A program made the translations under genes and the position numbers. Of a stretch of DNA of 64,000 nt, positions 13,313 to 26,513 are shown piece by piece; within the stretch, counting starts at the first letter, position 1, and each line of letters begins with the position of its first letter. The notes under the pieces are model-generated. The model did not search any database and was not told where the DNA came from. It was given only the letters and a program-made list of their open reading frames with translations. Source of the DNA: Laetmonice hystrix (taxonomy: Eukaryota); contig OZ249436.1 in the NCBI GenBank assembly GCA_965235115.1, positions 39,000,001-39,064,000 of the forward strand, read 5' to 3'.

Positions 13313-13684
13313 TCCCTTCTTCAGCTTTATTTATACCAAAGTCTACATGACACAACTGTGTAGATCTATGTCTCTTAGGATATGTTTGAATTGTGTACCC
13401 TATTGTATCATACCTATTTTAGTTGGCGTATGCGCCCCAACTATGATTAATTATAGTCTGACCACTGAGCATGCGTGGTCTCTGCGGTTACATAGTTTGA
13501 GCCCCATATATAGTTGGTATGGTTACATTGAAGCATGCGCTCTTCTCAGTACTCCTCTGAGCATGTCTAGACACACCCTGCTGACGTCATTAATTGTCCT
13601 CCTCCACGCATGCGCCCTTGCTCCTGACTCATGGGCCTGCGCCGTGGTACAGCAGTCTATAGATTCTGTTTTTAGTCTTGCGAG

Positions 13685-13759
13685 CTGGTTCTCGGCTCCA
13701 TCTCTAGGTGGCTCTGTGGTCGACGACAGAGCCACCTAGCGAGTGAGCCGGGAACCAGC
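13685..13759. repeat. Short imperfect palindrome (hairpin / tiny MITE)
   Basis: GCTGGTTCTCGGCTC..CTAGGTGGCTCTGT pairs with ACAGAGCCACCTAG..GAGCCGGGAACCAGC. Confidence 0.75.
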
Positions 13760-14459
13760 TTATCGCATCCTATTTGAGTGCATTCTCACTATTCAGTCTG
13801 TCACAGCTTCGTTCCTTTTCTAACTTAAGGATTACCAATATTTATGTTGTTGTTCATACATACAGCTTAGTTATTGCTCCCTAGACATTATTCATAACTA
13901 ACTATATACTTAATAAACTAATTACTGTAAATGTGGCTATATTGTTACCAAAACCTTACACCCTGCCATATAAATCAGCTTAGTATCACATGCAAAACTC
14001 AAATAAATTGACGTGAGACCAACCAAAGGCATATTTGGAAAGCAAGCGGTAAACTATGCCGAAAGTTAGCATGGGATTCCCCGGAACTTGGGATTATTAT
14101 GAAATGTTGTTCTACGTCATTTGCAGCGCCACTTTCAGAGCAGTGTGTCTTCACATATATGTCAATGGGTTGGTATCGGTGAAAGGTAAGTGTTTTATTT
14201 TCGAAGTTACTTGCGGTGCAATTTTAAAATACAATTTTACCTAATTCTTCATTGATTCATTAATCCATACTCCTTACAATCCAAACATAGTGGAACCTGT
14301 TCTACCATTCTCTAGTTGAAATGATCCAGTGAGATGCATTGACATGTCTTTTATCACAAGTTCACCTCAGTCATGATAAGAGTAATTGTATAATTGTTGT
14401 GAATGTTTCAATGCTACATATGTCAATATTGCAAAGTAAGGAAATACAATTTTCTCCTC

Positions 14460-17400
14460 TCATCTCCACATATATACCCGTTCGTCTTTAAGGAAATTTC
14501 GCACCATATCCATGGTATCATCGGTAGTAGAACAAATCAACTTGCAGATATCCTTATGATATTCGCAGGCAATCTTGCAAGTCTTTCCAGAATCGCGTCT
14601 CACTGATTCACATTCGGCCTTATTTTGAACGTAATAAGACAGCGTTTGAAAGGAGAATCCTGGAACGCGCATCAAAGCGCAGTCTAGGACACTGATCCTG
14701 AATTGGGCGTTCCAGTGAGATCCCGGTATCACGAGAGGTGCGATTTCTCCCTCGAGCTCTGTGATCGTTTCCGTGTGCCCTTTTAGTCTTTCGTGTACAT
14801 ATGTGCAGTAAGTGAAGGTTTTCTTCAGAATGTACCTAAAATGTGCGACCTCCTCGTAGAACTGTGGTCCCGCCTTGTGAAGAGCTCTCCAGAAACTTTG
14901 GTTGAAATACTCATACAGTGGACAGTCTAAGTTCGACCACGAACATACGAGTTTGCGAAGAGTCTTGTTTGTCTTGTCAACGGGGCCGGGGTACGGTGTC
15001 AACCGCAAAGGAACATATACTATATCTTGTAAAGTCCAACAAAGTTTTCGCCTTATGAGGATGAGCGATTCATCGTAATATTCATTCAGTCCGATAACAA
15101 AATCTCGATCAATGGTCACTAAAGAATTATTATACTTCGCACCAATCAGTAATTGGTCTGTCATTGAATTCCTTACAAGTTTTGCACGACCAGCAGTCTC
15201 GGGGTGTCGATGTATTTCTTCAAAGAAATCGTTCAGGATATCTGGCTCCTTAAGTCCTAGTAACCTGTCGAATCCCTTTGCATACAGATAAGACCGTACC
15301 AGAGTATGGGGATGACGTAAGAATGTGACATTTGAATGTGGAGATACCAAAATTTTGTAGATGTCCGGTTTGCTATAATAGCTATGCTCTCCATGCATGT
15401 TATACTTCCTACTTTTTCCAACGGTGAACTTAGGAATGAGAGAACTCACGAAATATTGGGGCCCGCGATTGTAAGGCGCACTTGAGTATGTAGCCATTCG
15501 TAAATGTCGTCTGAGAGCAATTCGGTTCAAAATATTGAACATTGTTGTCGATCCGGTTTTGTGCATCTTGAGGAAATAAAGATTGTCCTGGCGACGACAG
15601 GTAGCCGGTTGGGATTCAGAGTGAAGTTGAAAAGGAACGGTTAGAAAAGACAACATTTTGTTCTTTTGGAAGATTCCGAGAAAGGCAGTGATTGTCATAG
15701 CTACAAGCATCCAAGTGTAGATTCTCTGAAACGGAAAAGCGTTTTTAAGACAGCAAAGTATTAATGGTGTTCTTTTTACATGTACGCCTATATAGGCTAC
15801 ATGTATAAGCCTATGTTTTACAGATTTGTAACAGGAGTGTCCTTTCTTCTGACACAATGTTTCTCCCTTTTCAACGGAATGTTTTCTAATCAAGTCCCCT
15901 AACTTCGCCACTTTTGGATCCCTTTATACTTACAAGCCTTGACCCCCCCCCCCCCCCGTTTTATAGAAATATTTTCGACACGCCCTTGACTGGTGTGAAT
16001 GAGTCAAAAGGTCAGCAGTGAAGACCGCTCTTGACACTCTTGGCGGAGTGGATTGAGAATGTTTTGGTTGATACATATAATATTCAAGATAATACAGTAT
16101 GTGTAAGCTCTTACATTAGACAAGCATATTTAGATTTAGCCCCCCCCCCCCAAGCCAATTTAGTATAATCAAACAATAATTATTGAGAGTCCACCTTTGT
16201 TAATGGGGTGTATTTTATTCACTGAACAAAAGGTTCACTAGATTTACAAATAATTATAGTGTTCATATTGTTCATTTTGTCTGTTTTATATAATCTAATA
16301 TAGCCCCACTGGAACATAATGGGATCTAGAAATTGTAGTCGGCGTAGCAAACAGTGGGTCGTATCTCTGTCGTTTTTCAAGATATCTAACTCAAACTTGG
16401 TGGACATATTCGATAGTCACGAAATGTGATCCGACAATGAGTCATGGCGTCATATGACGTAACGTCATGACGTCATTCGTGTTCTGGCTATTGCGACGCT
16501 TTTCAAGGTAACTATGAATATACTTTTGAAGAACTGATGACTCTGTCAGAATTGGGCAAGGACCTAATTCATATTTTGCAAATATTTGACCTTTGACCTT
16601 TGACATGTCTGAAAGCTGGGTCAAAGGTCAGAAAATGCTTAAATCCCTACTTCTTCCTTAAAATGTTGGTCTCTAACGAGAGCTTCAAAGGAATCCGCCC
16701 TGCTACAATTCATGTGACCTATATTCCTGAGTCACGTGACCTAAAATTTTGAACAGTGGTCAATATAGAGGCTATAACTAAAAAAAAGGTTCCAGATAGG
16801 GCCATAGTTACTATTTAACACGAATAGGAAGTCATGCCTGCTCTTTCAGTTGACGCCAAGTTTGATGACGTAGCGTGACGTATGACGTCATAATGACGTC
16901 ATCAATATTTTCTAAGGCTTATAACTCCTAAACGGTGGGAGATAAAGCCATGGTTACTATTGAACATGAATAGGAAGTCATAAATGCTCTTTCAATTGAC
17001 ACCAACATTTATTAGGTAGCGTGACGTATGACGTCATAATGGCGTCATTGGTATTCTGTTCTAGGGCCTATATCTCGAAAACGGTGCTAGAAAAGGTCCT
17101 AATTACCAGTGAACACGAATAGGAAGTCATACATGCTCTTTCCATTGACACCAAGTTTAAGGATGTAGCATGACGTATGACGTCATAATGACGTCATCAA
17201 TATAATTCTAAGGCCATAACTCCTAAACGGTGAGAGATAAAGCCATGGTTACTATTAAACATGAATATGAAGTCATACATGCTCTTTCAATTGACATTAT
17301 TAGGTAGTGTGACGTATGACGTCCTAATGACGTCATTGGTATCTTCTATGACCTATAACTCGAAAACGGTAATTTTTGCTTTAATCCAGTTTGCTTTGAA

Positions 17401-17907
17401 TGGGCTGGGAGGCCTGTCGTGGCTTGAGACGAAAGGTGTATTCGTCCAAGAAATGGCCAGACAACATCATGGCCATTTCACTTCTTATCAGTTACGTTCG
17501 TGGGTATCGTGACTGGATACTGAATGGATGTGACCTTTTTTTTCTTCAAAGTTGATTTTGCTTAATTCCTTTGTATTTACACTTAATCCATACAAATGAC
17601 GCCCTCTGTTTCAGGTATATAAGTCCCCCTTTACAGTACTGGACTGCGTTCTCTTGGTTCAGAAAAGAAAAGAAATTATAACACCTATTTACAAATGATA
17701 ACGAGTTTCTGACGATTTTTTGACGAATTGACGAGTTTACCTTCGTCAGACAGAGCGTTTTGAGTGCCCAAAACTACTCCTTTTTGGGTGCTTGGATTGA
17801 GTAGGCAAAACTACTCAGATTGACGAATATCTGAGTAGTTTTTGCCCGCTGAGATTTTCTGTGTTGATAAATCCGCTATGACTCACCTTGACACGGCGAA
17901 CTTCCAT
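14460..17907 (-). CDS. Galactose-3-O-sulfotransferase (GAL3ST / galactosylceramide sulfotransferase-like), type II Golgi membrane protein, ~428 aa
   Basis: Main exon 15725-14460 follows a TTTCAG acceptor. It has the 5'-PAPS loop FLKMHKTGSTT, the TFLRHP motif and IGLNEYYDESLILIRRKLCW. Putative first exon 17907-17887 (MEVRRVK|gtgagt, phase 0) gives a basic tail before the TM segment IYTWMLVAMTITAFLGIF. The first exon is less certain than the main exon. Confidence 0.9.
16298..17488. mobile_element. Helentron/HINE-like element with four ~146-bp internal tandem units, in the sulfotransferase intron
   Basis: Unit CCATxGTTACTATT..AATAGGAAGTCAT..GCTCTTTC..TGACGTATGACGTCATAATGACGTCAT starts at ~16802, ~16949, ~17098 and ~17243. 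Confidence 0.6.
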
Positions 17908-17981
17908 CGCATTCCGTTCGTGAGCCTAGAACGTAGGCCTAGGATGAAGAAAACGCAAACGTTTCACAGAAATACCTTACA

Positions 17982-18309
17982 ATCCCGTCGTACACTTTCC
18001 CGATTTTGCCCAACTCCAGTCGGTAACCATGGTTCCCGACAGCTGCTCCCAACTGTAGTTGGAGCAAATCGTAGCCGATTCGAAAAAAAAACGAATCGGG
18101 AGCCAAGCAGCTCGGCGGCAGTTGACCAAAATCGGGACAATGTGCATGGTTCCCGATTACGGCCGACTGTTGACGGCTGTCCTGGCCGCCCACACTGCAT
18201 GGGTCGGGAGCAGATAATCGTGACAGTGTACGGGGGTCAGTCGGGAGAGTGTACGGTGGTCAGTCGGGAGTCGGGAGTTGGGCAAAGTCGGGACAGTGTA
18301 TGGCGGGCT
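17982..18309. mobile_element. Palindromic MITE (probably Harbinger/Tourist-type)
   Basis: CCCGTCGTACACTTTCCCGATTTTGCCC pairs with GGGCAAAGTCGGGACAGTGTATGGCGGG; internal TCGGGA repeats. Confidence 0.7.
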
Positions 18310-18569
18310 TAAGGTTTTTGTGCTTAAATTGTCTTTATTTCTTTATCGGGTTGATTGTGGTGACATTATCGGAAAATGATGGGGTAGAATTTTCCGACCA
18401 CTCGACCCCCCTCCCCTTGGGGGTCCTGAGGCCCCCTCAGACTGACCCCGTGAGTTTATCTACTAATAATGAACCTATTTTACGATCTTGATGTCGTTTT
18501 AGGGGTTTCGATGATGCCGAGTCAATTTATGACCGGAAGTGGATATCACTATGACTATCGATAAACATA

Positions 18570-19210
18570 GTGGTAAGGTCGAGTAATATGGGCATAGCAC
18601 TTCGCATATTTCATAATTTATGCAAAAATGGTGCTGCCACCTTGCGTTACATTGTACTTAGGTGCTGTACATGACATTATTATAGGTTAAGATACTCCCC
18701 GAGATCGAGACCGAGAACGCGGTGACGTCTATGGCACGCCAAACCCGAAAATATTCAAGACTCAAAATATTCAAAATATGTATTCAAGATCTTGAATACA
18801 TTTTGTGAATGTTGTGTACAAATTTTACTTCTTGAAAAATATTTTCGAGTCTTGAATATTTTCGGGTTTGGCGTGTCATAGACGTCACCGCGTTCTCGGT
18901 CTCGATCTCGGGGCGGATCTTAGTAACTGAGGACGCACGTCTTTTTAAGGCAAAGGTTGTTAAGATTTGAGGTGAGTTGCTTTGCATGTTTTTTGTTCAT
19001 TTTCTTACGATTTTTTTGCATCGATATAATGCCTTCTAGAATCGGAAGAAATTGGAGTCTGGTGGTCATTTAAAAAGCAAGGATGACAATAATAGTGGAA
19101 TATGGATGGCGTAATTTATGCCGCAGAAGAATTTGACGCACTGTTCTCTGGATAATATGGGCCCCTACCACGAAACCTCATATGAGCACGGTGCTCATTA
19201 CCCTAGGTGA
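18570..19210 (+). mobile_element. Truncated copy of the pogo-like family found at 38900-41178
   Basis: Begins GGTAAGGTCGAGTAATATGGGCATAGC; reverse-complement homologous to ~40740-41177. Confidence 0.75.
18687..18922. mobile_element. Near-perfect foldback MITE (~235 bp)
   Basis: CCCCGAGATCGAGACCGAGAACGCGGTGACGTCTATGGCACGCCAAACCCGAAAATATTCAAGACTC is mirrored with one mismatch at ~18847-18914. Confidence 0.85.
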
Positions 19211-20601
19211 CTATAGGACCTACAACTTGTACACCCTGATTCAGGCTACCCGTATTACCTGCACCCCATTTATTACGCCTAGTTTTTGTAAATGATCCTA
19301 TGACAGTACATTTTGGCAGTGAACTCTCGAGAACCCATTGTTTATTTTTAAACGTTTATTGTTGTAAACATTTGCTGTAGGCTAGCCTACGTAGTAAGCC
19401 TCAGCCAGTGAGGCTTACGACCACTCAGTGTTAAAAATATTGTGTGTCAATGGCAGCGCAAATTCATGTACCGTTCAACTCACCGGCATCCATTTATCGG
19501 GGGCAACGTCTTCTTTTAGTTGTTTGACAAGTAGGCCTATTTTAAGGATAAAACATCAAATTCCGAAGTGTCGTACCGCTGCGGCTTCCCTGGCCTATTT
19601 ATGTCCCAGCATGCATCTCTCTGACCTAGCAAGGTCCCCTGCTGTACGTATGTCGTAACATAGACTCGACCACCAGTCCTCCAATCCGCAAGCTGGATAT
19701 ACAGACTGGAGACAAACACACCGGTTGGCTATTAAGCCACCCTGACTTCACTTCCCATATTTGGATGTGACCTTGACCTGACCCGTCCTACTTTACTCTT
19801 CCGGTTTGGAGATCAGTTTCAGCTTGCGGGACATGCTAGCAGGTGGAGTGTCCGAGGCTCTTTTTAATTGTGGAGGAAATAGATCGATGTGCTGGCTGTC
19901 TTGCCAACTAAATTATGGTCCGAGTGTAGACTACCGCTGTCAAAATGTGCCAGTCGGCATGAATATATAGCTGGCACTGTCCCAGTCGGAATGTAGCGTA
20001 CCATAGGCACTATCTAGGCCTACCACAGTTACTGTAGGCCTACCACTACCAGTCTTGAGTGAGTGAGTAGTGGTGGTTTTCCATCTGGTGCCATCTTCAC
20101 GGCGAAAACAGGGTTAAACTACCAGTCTTGTCTACCATGGACTTGATCCCCTATGAAAGCTATACGTTATTAATTAAAACAATCCCATCACCATGTATAC
20201 AACCATATAGCGTGGGTTTTTTTTTTACTAAATAACTATTCTTGGATGCCGACACCCAGCACTGACGCACGCCGGCCGGCGGGTGTCGTGGCACCACGGC
20301 GGCCAGTCCTGACACGTAGCCGGCCACGCAGCAAGGACTGGCTGCCTAAGCTAAGGCTAAGCCTGCCGACCAGGTGATGGTCGTAGCCGTAGCCTAGGGT
20401 ATATTTCGGCTACCCCCCCCTTCATTCCGACTAGGGGTACATTCCGGCAGCGGTAGGCCTACACTCCGGCCATATTACCTGCCTGAGTGTGAAAGCTAGA
20501 CTGCCTCGCTCGTGGTCCACACTCCGCCTCCGCTCAGCTTGGCCGCAGACGCAGGGCAGACATTCCTCAAACTCTAAACACTAACCCAAACCCATAACTA
20601 A

Positions 20602-21139
20602 AGTAGCTCTCACACTTGCACGTAGTCAGCACCGTAATCTCACGTAACATTAATACGTGGAATTACGGGAGGTGAGTACTTGAGCATTACGTGAGCATTA
20701 CGTGAGAGTACGGGAGGCGAGGGGCAATACGTGAGAATACGTGAGGTTTTCAACATGTTCAAAATTTTCTGGTTTACGTAGCCATTGTACGTAGCATTAC
20801 GTAGCATTACGTGAGATTACGTGAGATTACGTAGTATTACGTATTAGTATTACGTAGGCATGGCATCACGTATTCTCATGTAGTCGTACGTAATCCTACG
20901 TAATGTCTCACGTAATGTCATGTAAAGTTAGTGCAGTCACAAAAAAAACGACGCTATACAATATCTCACCTCAGATCTCAAGATATCTACGTATCATTAC
21001 GTGAGATTACGTAGTGTTACATGCGATTACGTAGACATTACGTAGTACTACGTACTACTCCCCAATAACTCACACGTAATTCTCACGTAATAATTACGGC
21101 ACACTACGCCACCAACTACGTGTAAGTGGGAGAGCCCCT
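20602..21139. mobile_element. Harbinger/Tourist-like MITE built from TTACGT-containing 10-bp repeats
   Basis: TIRs GCTCTCACACTTGCACGTAGT / ACTACGTGTAAGTGGGAGAGC, TAA on both flanks, internal CATTACGTAG/GATTACGTGA arrays. Confidence 0.75.
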
Positions 21140-22298
21140 TAAGCCTAAATCCGAAAGAAAATGCCCCTAATCCATAAACGAATTCATTCTAGGCAAAATA
21201 TAGACGGAGTATCGTCCCAGTGTAGGGACGGACGGCGTTAACGCGAAAAACCCTACCTCCTATGTCAATCACTCGCTGTGCAAAATCCATCGTAACTACT
21301 GCCAGTTGAGGTGTCAATTCTAACGCAGCCCATCTTCTGTTCCTCTGCTGCACACTTTTCCGAGGATTTTTGCCCAAAGTTTTAATAAATCAGACTTTCG
21401 AAATTCCGAATCGCGCTGGTTCACTGCCGTTAGCCGCCATACTGTTTGTTCTACTGCGCATGTTCAAAACATGCGCACTGGCGACCAGCAGGGGAGCATT
21501 CATTATTCTAGACCAAACAGCAATTCCTCCATTATGGCGCCAAACTAATAGCCAACGTCTGAAATGACTGCTCCCTTCATGAGCTTGACCCCGGATGTGG
21601 GTTTAAAAAAATGGCGCCGGTTGTAAGACTATGGAAAGTGGTCGCTTGGTTTGGAAAATGGGCCGAATCTGTTGCTTAGAGGAACACCAAGTAAGTTCAT
21701 TGGGCTCAGTAGCTGAAGGTAAAGGCAATCTTTTATTTGAAATGATGGAAGAGGTGCGATGGCACATTCATTCTGCGGGTTGAACGTTTGTTCCCGTAGC
21801 CGTTCGCTAGACGATAGGCCGTACACACGGCCTATGTGAGAGGCTAGGCAAAATAATGATAGAAAAAGATAAATCCCTAGGGGGGTTCGAACTCGCGTCC
21901 TATTGATTGAAGCGTGAGGAATGTCTGCCTTGTGCAACGTGGGACTGGTACCCTGCCGTTTACTCACCTTGGAGCTGGGGACCAGAGCAAGTTCCTACTT
22001 TTTTCTTGAAATTCCTTCTTTTTCCTACTTTTTCCTACTTTTTCGTGATACATCTCAATTTTTAGCTCCGCTGACTATAGTATAGTCAGGCAGAGCTTAT
22101 CTAATTTTAACATGTAATCATCTTTGTAGAATCCTTTTGAAACATTTAACATAATACATAAATCATGTAAATGCAAGGCTATAATGTGCAGGAGTCGTGA
22201 GTAGTTACTGCAGGTCCATACCTGCATGTAGACCGGCTGCACCACACCTTCACCAGGGCCGAAAACTATGCTTTTCTGAGGATGGAACACCAGTACTG

Positions 22299-23183
22299 CA
22301 GGCCCGTAGCCAGGGGGTGTTCGGGGTGTTCGAACGAGCCACCCCCCTGGACCCCTGGTCCCCTCTGACAGTCAGGCCCGTAGCCAGGGGGTGTTTGGGG
22401 TGTTCGAACAACCCACCCCCCCCCCGACCCATGGTCCCCCCTATGACAAAGTTTAAAATTTCTATCTCCCAATGCCAGTAATAGCATTTTTATGCCTTCT
22501 AAATTTAAAAATGTCCTGGGAAGGACCCCCCAGACCCCCCCCCCCCATGTTATTGGTAAGCGAGGCTCAGATCTCTAAATTCTTTGAGGAACTTCAGAAA
22601 TTCTATCTCCAGATGCCAGGAAATCGCGTTCTTTTGCCTTCTGAATTCAGAAATTTTCTGCGGTCTCACTGCACATGTTATTGACCCCCTCTAAAATTTC
22701 ATGGCGCCCTTCCTGCCAATCATGAATTCGGACACTGGTCATTGAATCGCTTATGTTGTGCTCCAAAATGCATCAGATTTCACCAAATTACACCTTGAAT
22801 TTCAACATTTTCCGGGGGCATGCCCCTAGACCCCCCTAGCAAGGATTCGCGCCTTCGGCGCTCGCAGACTTCGAGCCTTCGGCGCCCCTAAAAACGTTGG
22901 ACCCCCCTCCTACTTGAAAAAGCTGGATCCGCCCCTGCTAACTATAGTATAGGCCGAAATGCTTTGAGAAACTTCACAATTTATATATATCTCGAAATGC
23001 CAGAAAATAGCAGGGGGATTGCCTTCTAAAATCAAAAATTTCCTGGGGGAGGTCCCCGAGACCCCTGCATATGTTTACGCTGTTCAATTTCCCTCTGGCC
23101 CCCCGACGCCGGGCTTCCTGTCGGTCCCCCTTTGGCCCTCCAACGAACCCCCCCCCCCCTCTGGATAGATGGCTACGGGCCTG
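22299..23183. mobile_element. GC-rich hAT-like MITE with 5-bp TSD
   Basis: TIRs CAGGCCCGTAGCCA / TGGCTACGGGCCTG flanked by TACTG on both sides. Confidence 0.8.
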
Positions 23184-24122
23184 TACTGCGAGTACAGAAC
23201 AAGCCCATGTGAAGAAATTATGCTATCAACGTTGGTAAAGGACGAAAACTACTCCTGCAAGCCTGCAAAACTTCTACTTTTATCCTACTTTTTATCCCTA
23301 ATTCCTACTTTTCTCCTACTTTTTCCAAAATTGTGGTCCTATTTTTCTCCTACTTTTTCATCAGGTTCTGCTGGAAGGCCTGAAATATCTCTCATTTCAA
23401 TGACTCCAAAATGCAAACATGGGCTGTTAGGTTAGATAAGGCCATTAGACTACATAAATCAATGTTTACCCATAGAAATGGAGAAATCTAATGAAATTCA
23501 ACATTCCAGTTGCCTGTTGTCGCCATGAAGCGAAAGTCTCATGGCTGGTTGTTGACTTTGCATTGACTTGAAGAGCCAATGAAATTCATCGGAACAACAA
23601 CTTTGCGATACAAGAATTATGGCCCATTCACACCAAGGCCGAAACCGGGCGGCACCGATACCGACGGCGACACCGACGTTTTTTTAAACACATTATTTCC
23701 AGTGGGAGCATTCACAGCAAGGCCGATACCGACGCCGACGTCGGTGGCCGACACACATGGTGGGGGGGGGGGGCAACTGGTCAACTCTATGGTGGCCAGT
23801 ACATGCATCCTCACCCGGCCACATAAAACAATCCTCCAAAGTGCCCTCCCCTGTGATGGTTTAGCCAATCGGGAACCAACATTTTAACTTGTATATCATT
23901 GGTTAGTTTGGACATTGGGCTTCTCTATTATACTCATGTTATAACATTGACAAAAACTGGAATAAACTTCATATAGTTTACCAGCTCAACCTCGTCCCTT
24001 ATTCTGCTGTACGCTCATAGTCTTCTGGAATGTCGTCACAGTCTTCTGGAATGTCGTAGAATAACCCTACGTACACAGCTGCAAGAAAGCTCGGATAGCT
24101 TGTGGCATTTCAGTAGGTGTAG

Positions 24123-24189
24123 CCTCCTCCTCCTCCTCCTCCTCCTCCTCCTCCTCCTCCTCCTCCTCCTCCTCCTCCTCCTCCTCCTC
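24123..24189. repeat. (CCT)n trinucleotide microsatellite
   Basis: About 22 perfect CCT units. Confidence 0.97.
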
Positions 24190-25019
24190 AAGGACCGTGT
24201 CCAACTCAGGCATGCTGATTTTCTGATTTCAAGCAACTTTTAAGTAGGCTAATTACACTATAATAAGTATAATACTATTATATCCAAATGATGCAAATTT
24301 AGCTTGTAATCACTTTGTACATGAGCTCGAAAGCATGTTCAACAGAATCATTTAGGCCGGAAACCGCAGGTTTAAGCACCGTGATAGAAGCTTCGAGTGC
24401 ATTTACATAGACTTTATTACTTGTTTTATTAATTTTATGTTAATTATGATAATTCCAAGAACCCCATTTATATCATTCGGGATTCCCTCGGGCATTTGAC
24501 GTCACTTCCTGCAATTCAAAAATACCCTCAGGTGAATTGAGCGCCATTATGGTAACCAGGGGCTCGTTTCACTATGGTATGCGAGCTCGTATGCCTCTGT
24601 TATAGGGAGGGTAGCTAGGGAGTACTCCGAATAGGGAGTTAACGAGAGGGGAGTAATGCGGGAACGATAACCGGTCTATACAGCGCTGGACTGGTATTAA
24701 GAAACACACATCGTTCCAAGTTATATACACGAGTTTAATCAACGTACATAATTACAATATACACGCAGACCTGTGGACAGCAACACAAACGTCCGGTAAC
24801 GTAGCGGGACCTATCACATGAGACAAATAATATACAGTATAATGTTTTATTTTATGGCTGCCGCACTTTCCCTGTTCTGATTGGTCAGTTCCCTGTCACG
24901 TGATCCCAGATAAAAACTTATATTGCACGGAAAAAGTAATATTGACCAGTCAATATTACTTTTGCACTGCCGTCAAGTGTTTTCACCCCCGCGTGCAAAT
25001 AGGCTGTTACGCATTCTTA

Positions 25020-25311
25020 AGGCCGCCGCACACGACGAACATTTGTGCGCAAACATTAAATTTTTGTTCACGAACAAAAATCCGCTCGTGTGTGGTGATC
25101 AAAACGCCGAACGAACAATTGTTCGTCGGTATTCAACATGTTTAATATTTCCGAACAAATGTTCGTCGTCTGCGGTAAACCACGCATTTCTGTTAAACAT
25201 CTGCATGTCAAATACCGACGAACAATTGTTCGCAAACAATAATTGTCTGAGCGGAATTTTGTTTCCTGAACAAATATTCGCGAATATTATGTTCGTCGTG
25301 TGCGGCGGCCT
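25020..25311. mobile_element. PIF/Harbinger Tourist-like MITE
   Basis: TIR AGGCCGCCGCACACGACGAACAT with perfect inverse at the right end; TTA target duplication. Confidence 0.88.
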
Positions 25312-25325
25312 TTACAAAATGCGGC

Positions 25326-26246
25326 ACAACCGGTAATGTAATAATCGACCGATAATGTGATAAAGGTCAAAATGTAATAAATTATTCATTATCAACATCC
25401 TCTCCAACCGATAATGGAATAATCGACCGATAATGTAATAAAATTCCTAACCGATAATGTAATACAATTTTGACTGATAATGTAATCAAATACGCTAACC
25501 GAAAATGTAATAACGTGTGACCGATAATAATAAAGTCAAAGAGGGCAAACATTTGTATGATTTTTCCTTAAGTTGCAATTCAATGTGGTAATTGAATTCA
25601 GAGCGCACATACATAATCCCCCACCCCCCGAATACATGTTAGCCTAGGCCTATATGTTATAGACTGTCGCTACTCGTTAAAATTAGGGGTCTCAAGATTA
25701 ATCGATTAATCGTTGACGATTAGATTTTGGTTGGTAGTCGTTTACAAATCTTTATAATCGATTAATCTATTTCTCAACGTTGTGCGTGTTTTGAGTCGAT
25801 AATCACAGTTAATCATAACATAACAAAGTTAACGACCAGCTATCTCCATCGACCAGCTATGGTCCATGGATTCCGCGCATCTTATCAGCTCTCAGAGCAT
25901 GGTGTCTAATGATTACACGACCATCTTACCCCTCTACTTTGCAGCTGTATCTGCTAATACAAACCCCCCAAGCGTTACGTAATTTATGTACAGCCCCCAA
26001 GGCAGGGTAGAGATTTGCCTCTTCACTTTAATACATTATCGGTCAAGATGGTATTACATTATCCGTTAGCGTATTTTATTACATTATCCGTCAAAATTGT
26101 ATTACAATATCGATTAGAAATTTTTCCTGAATTTTATTACATTATCGGTAGATTATTACATTATCGGTTGGAGAGAGTGTTGATAATGTAATTATAATGT
26201 AATAAGTCATTACATTATCGGTCAGTTATTTCATTATCGGTTGTAA
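25326..26246. mobile_element. MITE with inverted subterminal CCGATAATGTAAT repeat arrays
   Basis: Multiple CCGATAATGTAAT copies at 25330-25530 and their inverse ATTACATTATCGG at 26030-26245. Confidence 0.8.
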
Positions 26247-26513
26247 TATGCCCTCATGGCCGAGCTTTGAAGATGAATGCGAGGGGCTGGGGTATATAGG
26301 CCTATATTCTAGAAATACCCGATTCTTTTCCGTTGTCCCGATGATTTTTAGGCCCTTGCCCTTCTACTTCTGTCCGAGTTGTAGGCCTATGTATGTCTGA
26401 CTGAGTCATGTTCCAGCAGTTCGTTAAAGTATAGAACGAGATGCCTGATGTGTTAATGCAAGGTCTTTTTTCGTATTTGGAATTCCTATAATGGACAGTC
26501 TGGTTAGTAGGGC

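Noticed and set aside
12978..13739. RE-repeat and LS-repeat ORFs of up to 199 aa
   Set aside because: Produced by the (CT)n tract; no domain motifs.
15726..15911. N-terminal 62 aa of the 483-aa sulfotransferase ORF
   Set aside because: Begins at a non-ATG codon and lies upstream of a good TTTCAG acceptor; treated as intron.
21875..21905. tRNA-like B box (GAGTTCGAACC on the minus strand)
   Set aside because: No A box or cloverleaf; at most a SINE fragment.
24036..24236. Poly-arginine ORF
   Set aside because: Translation of the (CCT)n microsatellite.
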